A program made the translations under genes and the position numbers. Below, one piece after another: positions 9,660 to 20,300 of a DNA stretch of 37,179 nucleotides. This DNA is from Catajapyx aquilonaris (lineage: Eukaryota). The stretch's first letter is position 1, and each line of letters opens with the position of its first letter. Location: NCBI GenBank assembly GCA_000934665.2, contig JYFJ02003827.1, positions 1-37,179 of the forward strand. The letters are read 5' to 3'. The notes under the pieces were generated by a model, which had not been told where the DNA came from, made no database searches, and saw nothing but the letters and a program-made list of their open reading frames with translations.

Positions 9660-11179
9660 TTTTCATAGGACAAGGAGTAAGTAAAACAAGAATGTCACAT
9701 TTCATTTATACCTCTATTATATTTCCATGTACTTTCTTTTTTTCAATATTCTTGTAATGTTGAAACAATCGTTGTATTACAATGAAAAAACGAGGCCTTC
9801 CCATTTTGGCCTTGACACAAGAGACAACTCCCAAGATTTGTTTTTCTTGAGTAATAAAGAGTTGGGAAGGGGACTCTGAGCATCGAGAAACATTGGTTGT
9901 ACTTGGTCCAACAAGCCAATAACATCCATAAAGCTGAGAAGCTAAGACAGAAGCAAAAAGGCGTCAGAAAAAATGTAGCAGCTGGAGTGACCCAAGCTCA
10001 CTCTTCTCTCTCCCTCATTTATCTACAAGTACCTACACCTTTTTGGCATTTTTGGCCTCAAAATTACAGTTGAGCTTGCAGTCAACTAGCTCAATGTGAC
10101 TGCCCTTGCAACAATGGTCCCTTTCCAGAGAAAACGATTAAAAGCCTGTGAGCATAGTTTAGCCACTCCAGCTGCACAAGGGACGAGTTTCAAGCTACTA
10201 CTGAACACTGCATTAACTGGGCTCCGCAGCCAATATTACAAGCAACACAGCTCCATGTAAAAAAAATTCCAATCATTTGTATTTTTTATCAGTTTTTGTG
10301 TTATGTTTGTCCTTCCTACCTGCGATGGCCACGCTGTCAGCCAACCCACAGGTGGCTTTATACAAAATAATTATTTACAGAGAAATGAAGAGGCACTATT
10401 GCCATAACAAACTTCAGAAAACTAGGAAGGAGGGAAATAAATCAGGGACTAAATAGGAGTTCAAATAAGTCAACTTATTGTCAACACAGCGGGATTAATT
10501 TAGGCAAAGGGGGTTAAAACGCTATAAACCAAGCAATTTACAACTCAACGCAAGAACCTTGTAAAACTCCCTATGTAGAAAAATTGACAAAATATACGCT
10601 CATCCTTACAAAGACTGGTCAGGTGTATGCATAGAATGCTACATTTTAGTGCGTGCAGTGAGAAATTAAAAAATCTTTACAAATGCATTGTACTTTGTAA
10701 CTCTTGCCATTGTTTGTCACATTGAAAATTTGCAAGATGTTTTTTAAAAACCTTTTTGAGTCCCTCGGTTTGTCTTCTTCATGACTTTAAAAACGTAAAC
10801 AAAGGGTTGGTATAAAACCACAGCAAAGTGTCGCATTAACGTCAACTACATGTATGTATAAACCCCACACATGGTTCAAGCAGCCTAGGGCAAACCCTAC
10901 AGAATCTGTCTATTTAGCATGGTGATGGGGAAACAACACTATGCCCTACAGAACATGTCGAAAAGTGTGATGTCTGGTGTCTTAAATAAAAAACGACAGG
11001 ACTGTAGGGAACAAGGGGAGGATTCAGGAATGTACTAAGAAACGGAAGCAGACGACAGTTATATACAGACACGGGTTAATATGACATATACCGGTATTAG
11101 ACGCCTAGGACAAAATTTTTTTTCTTTCTTCTTTTTGCATTTTTGAGGAGTTTTTGGATGGGTGTAATTGGGAAGGGAA

Positions 11180-11327
11180 TCACAGGCGCTCAGAGACGTA
11201 GTCAGGCTGAGGAGGGGGCGGGGGTCTTCTGCAGAGGAGGTGCGGGAGAAGCACCGCTGCACCCAGCAGGGCAGCCCCCAGGGCGTTGAGCACCACTGCC
11301 TCCAGGGGCATCTCCGAGTAGCGCAGG
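11180..11327 (-). CDS. nemy: Cytochrome b561 alternative last exon B (LRYSEMPLEAVVLNALGAALLGAAVLLPHLLCRRPPPPPQPDYVSERL*)
   Basis: Branch CTAAC and tgcttgcag| acceptor, phase 2 matching the donor at 12637. Fits the family pattern Y-S-x-(L/M)-P-x-E-x-x-x-x-N-x-L-G followed by TM6. TGA at 11182-11180. This frame is absent from the ORF track. Confidence 0.85.
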
Positions 11328-14300
11328 CTGCAAGCACAGCGCGGTTAGAAAAATACAGAGAGAGGCACAAAGCCACGCCCTCACTCACACACATACAAGC
11401 ACTGGGTTCATTTTTCTAAAACAGATTAGAGGTGGTCATAAGCAAGTACCCAAGCCATTATAGCGACAACACAATAGAGGCAGTGGTGAATGTTGTGTCC
11501 AGACCTGCGATTAGAGCCCCATGGAAATTCTGAAGATCCTGTTAGTTGTAGTGGGACTGGAATGTCAGGTGGAATGAAATGGCTCAATTATTATTGTTTC
11601 CTGTTTTGCAAGGTTTTCACAAGCTGTAGCCCAGAAGAGAGATGACTTCAGAATTTTCACGTGACAGACCCTGCTGGCAACTTCTCATAAGCAGTTTTTT
11701 TTTTGTTTATTGTCATTTTTTTCACTTTATAGCTGGCATATGCAAAACTCAGCAAATAAATAGTCTATTGCAATAAGAATTTCCCAGCAGGACCCAAAAA
11801 ATTCAGAAGAAACAAACACACATTATAAAGCAGGAGCATAAGTTCCCAACACCACAGCTGTCTGTTGGCAGGTTGGTTGGTTTGGTTAGTCAAAAGACAA
11901 TGTACTGTGCCAAGAGGGGCAAGGGGGCAGGTTATGAAATTTGACAGATGGAAAAAAAAAACTATCTCAGAGGTCTGTTTGAGCAGTGATTAGGATATGA
12001 GAGCGCATCCTAGAGGGGTCCCTGCGAAACAGCAGGTAGGCTGTGGCGATGGAGGCTGCCACCAGGACGACGGCCAGAGCGTTGACAATCACTCTCTCCA
12101 TCTCAACATCCTGGCGATCTCTGGAAGTCCTGCAAGCGTCCATTAAAATCAGTTTCTGGGTGATGGGCCATCATTTCCATGGAGTAGGGTTCAAATATGA
12201 CCAAGTTTCAAAATAAATAGGAAATAATGGGTGCATACTCTTTTTTTCTAAATTAAATACCAGTAATCTCTGAAATAAGAAAGGGACAGATATCACAGGC
12301 ATTTTACCCCTTCCCTTCCTCAGTTCCTTCTAAAATAAAGTGTGAAGACCAAATTTTGCTAACAAAAACTAATTTTTAAAAACTGAGGCTGGATATCTTG
12401 TGGGCATGGGTTATGTCATTTACCTTTGTACCATGGTGCAGCTAACAGATTTTGTAAAATAGTGACTTTTAATGTTACATTATGCTGAAAGAAATGACAC
12501 TACAGTTAACTTTCATGATCACCTTTGGCTGCAATAAATACTAAGTTATATAAATGCTAGATGTAGAGAGCATACATCTGATTTCTCAGTGATGAGCTCA
12601 GATTATCCAGTGTATCTAACTAAGCTTATTACTCACGTCTCTGTCATGTAGATCTTCTGCGTGAGTCCGGTGAGGCAAGCGGCCACAGCCACTCCAAAGG
12701 TTGTGGCTCCAAAGGTGGCATGAACTGGAACCAGTGCAGTACGGAACGCCTCGGTTGCTCCCTCGCAGCAGAGCAGAATCAGGAAACTGAAGAATCCAAC
12801 CACAAACTGAAAAAGTAAAGTTTTTACAAATAAATGCAAAATGATGCTACCAGTTGATCTGCAACAGTACCCAGAGTATACACAACATGAGAGCCTAGTT
12901 TCCTGCATTGTGTCCAATTGACTCTAATGGGTCAAGGCTTTAAAATGACCCTGTGTGCTTGGAAGTGAATAGGCTATTATAATTATGTATGCTTTGGGTG
13001 CACCCAAACCAGGGTCCTTTTCACATCCCCCTCCCCCTCCATGCGCATGACATTCATTACTTGTATTGCTACCTGGAGAGCAAAGAGTCCCATGGCAGTG
13101 AGTCCCACCCAGGAGTGGAGACTGTAGAAGTCAGGGATGGCTGTCGGCTGGCGTTTGTGCCATTCCAGCACTGCGATGAAGCCCATGACAATGCATGGGA
13201 TGGCCAGCAGGTGGAACACAGTGTGAACCAGCTTCACATATAGCTTCTTGCAGCAGTAGAACACACGGTAGAACAGCATTGCTGTAATAAGCCACAGCAT
13301 GAGTAATATATAGCCTTATTCTGTAGTAGTTGTTCTGAGTAGTCTTATTTTTTGAACTTTTACTTGCCAAAAACTTGGATTACCTCCAAGAGTCAGAAAC
13401 TAATGTGCATGTTCATGAATTTAGTTTGTGGTTCGCATACGATTTTAGGTATACATGGACTGAGAGATGGATTAACGGGTAGCACAGCAAAGTGGGACAA
13501 ACACATTTTCACACAGCAAGCACAGTGCCCTGAAACTGCCCATCCCTGCAGAGAGGCCTTTAAAAAAAACCCACTACCCCTGAAGAACTGTATTGTTCAA
13601 AACCATGAACATCAGTTTTCACTTGGCTGAATCACAACTGGCTGTGTCATATAGTGAAACAGAAATGGAGAGTACTTTTTCAGCAAGTAAAAGTACCTCT
13701 TTAGTTCGGCTTTGTTATTCTGTCTATTTAAGTGGAACAGCCACAAAGGAAAATGTGCATCTCTCTACTCTCTTGCTTCTAGTGCAAATATTAAATCAGG
13801 CCATACTGAGGAAGCCCCTTTTCAATAGGCTTGCAGATAGCGGAATGCATTTTTATGGAAATGTGCATCCCTTCTATACATCTCATTTATGTAGCAAAAT
13901 AGAAGTCACACTCACAAAATCCGGAGAAGAAGATGAATCCTGAGACCATGAGGACAGGATGGAGGTTGAACTGCTTGTCAAGTTGAGTAATGTCATCCCA
14001 GGCGAAACCCTCTCGAAAGTAGATGGCCCAGAAGAAGACCAGCGCCAGGGCTCCAATCAGGAGAAATGCCAGTGCCACCAGCACCAGCAGGTATTCGCAC
14101 CGACTTGCACATCCCCACTCTGAAGTGCTGTCTGTTGACGACCGATGCCTGTCAGATGAGCCAACATGATTATCATTAGCACCATCAAAGGTTGGCGGAT
14201 TTCCATACAAACTCGTGCATGTTTTTGTTCTGTCAGGCTGCCAAGCATGACACTTGTCAGGTCTGATTGTTTTCTGGCTGCGTGTGACACAGTNGGGGGG

Positions 14301-17300
14301 AACACAATTGGTGAGGACATAGCTCTCTAAGCTCATACACTGAAATCCTAGAAATTCTTTAACAGTTACATTACTGGTACATATTATATCACAAGATCGT
14401 AACATTTTATATTCACTCGTGTTTGTGAGCAGGAGGGGAATTTATTCCAACCCGTTAGAAGTCATCGGATGAGTGCAGCAAGCCTGCATTGATTGAGTTG
14501 GTTGTTTCAACTCGATCTGGACATGCTTGAATTGGCAGGTAATGGCCCACTGATGTGCATGACTCCCTTATGCATGGGCAGTCATGAGGGGGTAACGTAG
14601 TGATAATAATGCATCGTCGGGTATGCTGGGAGAAAATAAGCTACTTTTTCGGTAATTTTCACGAAACAAATTAATATTGCCTGGATAACTTGATTAAGAG
14701 TTAAATTATTACCTAATATAACCTATTTATTCGCAAGAACTTGAGGGGAGGCAAACTATCATTAAAACAGGTTCTAAATAGTTTTACATTGGATTTTAAA
14801 ATAAATACCATATAAAACAGGGAAGTCCCAGAACGGATATAGCCGACACAGTGCCTTGATTAATAATCCTAATTGCAAGGTAAGATATGTTCTTGGTAAA
14901 ACTTCGTACTTTGTTATTAATATGCTATGGATTTTTATAAATATCGATCATGCTGTATACAAGTGTTCACCAATGATTCTTCCACAACAGCACTTGGAAA
15001 AAGTTGATAAACATACTACTTGTATATGATTAATGATAGTACTTTTATGACTGTGCCCTAGCCCACTGTTTCACATTTCCAGAAATGACCATGGATTTAT
15101 AGTGTCCACCATAATCTCTTCCATGAAAATATCCACAGGTATCATTTCAGGCGGCATGAATTTCAAATGCACCAAAACCTTCATGGCTTCATACATATTT
15201 AATAATCATAATACTGTAACAGCAAGAGTAGTAGTAGCAATGCCCTAGGACTGTGACCTCAGATCATTTTTCTTGATTTATTAATGAGTTAGGTATTGCA
15301 GAAACTTGAGAGGGGAGGAAATGGCGAAAAAATGCACGCAAGCAAGAAGAGAACCCATCGAAACTCCACTCACCAGATAAATCTATCACCAACATTTATC
15401 TAATAAAAAGTCGCGTTTTAATACATGCGGAAATTTGTTTAATCAGTCGTTACAGTAATGACAGTAAAACTATTATCCTTTAAATTTCGGATGAAATTTT
15501 TGTGACATTATATTTGACAGAGAATGCAAGAAATACGTTGTGGTTGCAAAATAACAAGTTTCATTACCATACTCAATTTGACTCTTTAACTAATACTTTA
15601 TACTACTTAATACTGTATTGACGATATTTGTGATCTCAAAGGTACAGCAGTAATATCCTGATAACCGCAACTACCACTGCCATACTGCCCTGGTTACTTC
15701 CACAAAGCTGTTTCCATCATATTCAATTTATATTCTAAGCACAAAATTTTCAGCTCCACATTAATTGTGCGTTAAAGGTGCTGCAGCCATAGTATACATG
15801 GGCAGATTGTTCTAAGTGTCAATCGTCACGTGGATCTCTGGCTGTTACTAAAAGCAAACTTGAGAAGGCAAAGCAATGAATGGTTTGCGTTATCAGGTGG
15901 TGACCACATACACAAGGTCCCACCCAAATGGCCTTCAGCCAAACCTCACACTGGAAACATGCGGTGTCAGAAACGTGTAAATATGTGCAAGGCAGGTAGG
16001 AAGTCGCAATGTTATACTGCACATGAAGCGAGTATGACCTAACGCACTGTACAATCACGAGCGCAATGATGGTAACGGACTTGAGCAGGAGCACGAACAA
16101 TATTTCTGTTTAAAAGTGATGATGTATGAAATGCGGTATCACCTCAGGATTATGAGTTCCGTACTTACAACTTAGTTTTCTGTAACAATTCGGTTCGGGT
16201 TTATTGCAGGCGACGATTTTTACCAATTTTAATTCCAAGCGTCTATATAGTATTGTAAATGATATCGCGTAACACTGGATGTGCCATCATAAAGTACACG
16301 TCGAGGACTACATTATGCAATGCCTAACTCAATTTCAGCGCAAATGTGACGGACCGTTCTGCAAATCAAGGCTTCAAGTGCAGAAGCCTGTCAGTTCATC
16401 CTGACACTTCAGGGCAATCTGGATGGCTCCGATGTTGGCGGAAAGCCTAACTCTCAGGATAATCCATTTTCACTCACTTTTTGGAAGAACATCCGGGATT
16501 TGGAATATTTTGTTGGAATATCTCAGTTGTATCAGCTATAAGACTAAGAAAAATGTTTTAAAGTCATACGAATACCTATAGGCCTACGTACGTAATTTTA
16601 TATGCGTCCGTGCAATTGGGCCTTATAAGCTCTCGCATGACAGCGCATATCATGTTAAACAAAAAATCAATCGAGGTAGCAACCGATGCCAAAAACCTTC
16701 CACTCGCATATGTACTGTACAGGATGTCACGTAACATCAGAATATTGTTATATCTGCATCAGTCACACTTGTAGAGGTTTTGTTATATGCAGTATTTCAC
16801 AATATTACCTATAGGTGAAGTGAGACAGCAATCCCACCTGTTTACGTCTGGGTCATTCATGCATAATTTGTAAGCGGTACTTCCGAATAATAACAGGCTT
16901 GCTGAGTTGATTCGTTAGTGTTTGTTTAGAAATTGCAATTCAAGGTTCGTTGGCATTTGGCAAGCAAACATAATCGTCTCCACCCTCCGTGGAAGAAATC
17001 GTATATAGAGCCCTTTCCACGCAAAACCATATAACTTCCGGTGTATCCCGCCCCCCTTGGTCTATCTATCTTGACCAATCGATGGATGGCCTACTTATTC
17101 TAGGCCACATGTGATATTCACACACGTAAATCTAGCTCGATATTTTGGAGGTTGTTTCTTTATCCAGCAAGCCCATTTATTATTGAAGTCGGCGTTTCAT
17201 TATTCGTTGACTTCCAACGAACTCCCTAGCCTCGATGCAACATTAATATTGTCGGTGGCGCCAGAAATATGCCGAGACATTGAGGTGCACCATAATTTAT

Positions 17301-20300
17301 TTGGTCTCTTTTCACACTCGGCTCACATGTAGGTCTAAGTTTGCACAAGAATCGTAGTGTGGTAGACCTTTTTTTCCGCAAGTGGCCTAACGCTTTTGGT
17401 TGCAAACGTACACCAGATCTCTTATCTCGGCCAAATAAACAGCGATGTAGGCCAAGTATAGTATGGTGTGGTTATGTGCCATTTCCAAAAAATTCGTCCA
17501 GCCCTCTTACATGAAGGGCTCCGTTACGCTAGTGCCGAACCGCGTTAATTTTGATGTCATGAGGAATATCCTCCTTAGCAGATCCTGGCCTAGAGCCAAT
17601 TACTACCTAATGAACTGCACATGTGAGCCTTATGCAAGCCTCGGTCTTTTGGTAGCTGCCCATGTACCGCCTAAAATCCGTGCCCCTCTTTAGTTTGTAC
17701 TAGGTGGCTGCAAGGTGGCTGTAAAAGCAACCCCTAAAGGGTCCCGACGGTCCATAACGGCAGTGTTGATGGCCACGTGCCATTCCGGTAATGGCTCAAG
17801 TAAATGTGGCCCTATAGACACAAGAGGTCATTGGGGAAGTATCCTCTCGCGCAGGGGTGCCCGGGAGCTCATTTGCATACGTGATGCAGGCGAAAGGCTG
17901 CGTGTCCCGTTACAATTGGAAAGGCCGGCCCCAACCTCGGGTACGGCCACCGTGGACAAGTGTTGGAATCACACGCTGGACCACGGGGAGATGCGGAAGA
18001 ACAGCTGGTTTCCAAGCGTGGACACCCAAGGCCGCTATATTGTATACCCCCTCCCCAAACCCTGTCCCTTGCTTTTTCTTTTCTGCAAACCCACTCCTCG
18101 GTTTGAGTCCCGCTCCTTCTTTGGAATGCGCCATTGCCACGTCTTGTAAAGTGCCTCGAGGGGCGCCTGGCGCCACAGCTGTTTACGTTGCACGGTATCT
18201 CTCTTGGTGCACCCAAACACAAGGTGGGCGGGACGATATAGGTGCTGCTGTTGGGATGAAGATTCGCGGCCTTGAGGGTGCCGTCATCGCTTAAGCTGGG
18301 TCGAAGGTCAGGGATGGGCCTTGGTTGCCGCTTCTGGCACTCAGGGTCACTGGGTCACGCCCAGAGGAAATACAAGGGGCAAGGACGGAGCAGATCCTTC
18401 CGGAGATGAGAGGCCGTTCATCCGGAAGTTACGGGGGAGCTAAGCGTTTAGCACGGACGGCAACACCGTTCATTTCCATCAAACTACGTCGCCTCCCTTT
18501 ACAAGTTCACGTCGTGATGACTGATGAGGAAGCAAATGAGCCGCTTCCCGTTTTAAACACTGGTGTACCATGCTCGGGCGGGTATATACTGCTTTGCCTT
18601 TCACCCAAAGTTCACTAACTTGGACATTTCAGATTCAATAAGGAGCGTCTCCCCCCTGCTTTTCAATTACCTTGATCAATATATGCTATAGAAAAAAGAC
18701 GGTTAGAAACAAGCGACGTCAAGAGGAAGTGACGTCAGGTTGCCCACTGTTACCTTTACCACCTGCTCCACACACATCACACACTCTCTCTCATTCTCAC
18801 AGAAACGCATGCACTAAACGACAACTCACTTCAACTTGGACGTCATCCTCCTGATCCTCCTAGTGGAGCACTAATCACAGGGTGCACAAGAAAAAACCTC
18901 CGAAAATGTATATCACCGGAGGGCGCCCCTCGGGTGTTGTCCACGCAAAGGTCCACTGGCGGCCCAAACTCAACTGCGGCCGCTCAGCCAACCAGCCAAC
19001 CAACCAACCAACCAGACTGCCTCGACTCCTCCAACTCCCCACCACTTCAATTCGACCCCCACCATATCCCCCCACATTATATTCCTCCACCTCTTTTCCA
19101 TGGGGGCAGGTTGCCAACCCTCCAAGTCATGGGCTTACTTGGCAACAATGTCCCCTTTCACTATTGTCTCCCCCTTCACCAATCGCACATGTCACCTTTG
19201 ACACCCCCACCAATTTACAGGAGGTAAACAACGATTTCTGTGGTTTATTTGGAACCTGTAGGGGGGGTGGTGGGCATTACCGGGCACCAGCTAACGGGTG
19301 TTCCGGATTCCGGGGTGGGGACCAGGCACCTATATTTTCGAGGAGGACGCCGCGCAGGCCCTGGGATCGATACAGGGACAAGCAGCTTGCAGAAGTCGAT
19401 GAACGCTTTATTTGCCCAGATAGGCATCGAATTGGGAGGACATATCAAGTTCTTTGGCCAGTTGGCAAGCCTTCTAACCAATTCCCCCACCCTTATATTC
19501 ACCACCCCCTATACTTTAATCCACGACTGGCTCCCCCTCGGGGGGCTCATGGACCCTGTTGCCACTTTCCCCTCCAAACGTCGTTGCCAACTTTGAAAAT
19601 CTGTACTTACCTACCAACATGAACACAACAAAAACTGGTATGCCCCCACCTTTTATGCGATAACTGCATCTGGAGAAAGTGGGGCTCAGATCTCACAGAC
19701 GGACGAATTCTTCTGTACCCACTTGTTGTTGTTGACTGTCCGGATGATGAGGAGAAAATGGCCTTACGTCCTTCGCTCATTGAACTTTTCAGATCGTTAG
19801 CCAGGTGTTATGCTGTACCTTTTTCCCTTCACGCTTTTGCACTTGGGTGAGCTGCGTAATGAGTCTCGTAAACGGCGTACCAGCTTAGCGATACCGATAG
19901 GCTACCGTATCGATATGCACACCGGAAGGAAATTCTTTGAGGATTATGTAAACGAGCCATCCTTGTCCTTTGCATCATAATGCGGCCAATGGGAACGCAC
20001 CTATACGCTGACTGAATACACTATTTTTTTCCTGCAGTATTGGCAATTCAAAGCGTATTCATGAGGCGTGCAACTTTACGAGTTTTCCTTGCTCGAGTGT
20101 TTACTTCGCCGCAAAAATGTGCATAACCGGGCCTGAATATAATGGATCGATCTTTTTTTTCTTTCTACGTCCTTTTCGCTTCTTTGTTTCCGACGGATAA
20201 TTCAATTCTTTCAGGGACAAGTAACGTGCGTGCGTTCTAAATATTCCTCCAGGCCACAGAGACGCGAACAAGTTGTGGGCTGCAAATTATAGTCATTGAA

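Noticed and set aside
11202..11384. 60-aa ORF resembling a secreted peptide (MRAWLCASLCIFLTALCLQPALLG...)
   Set aside because: It starts at GTG and its hydrophobic part is the polypyrimidine tract of last exon B. The third frame matches the cytochrome b561 pattern.
15310..15400. SINE-core-like stretch and a 26-nt - strand pseudo-exon with a GTGAGT donor
   Set aside because: The similarity is too weak to name, and the pseudo-exon's ATG is out of phase with the common exon.
19135..19200. - strand donor GCCAA|GTAAGC
   Set aside because: The phase-2 frame hits TGA before any ATG, so it is at most a UTR exon.
18882..19622. 246-aa Pro-rich + strand ORF
   Set aside because: Non-ATG start, includes a (CCAA)n microsatellite, and has no recognisable domain. 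Explained by C-rich promoter-like DNA.
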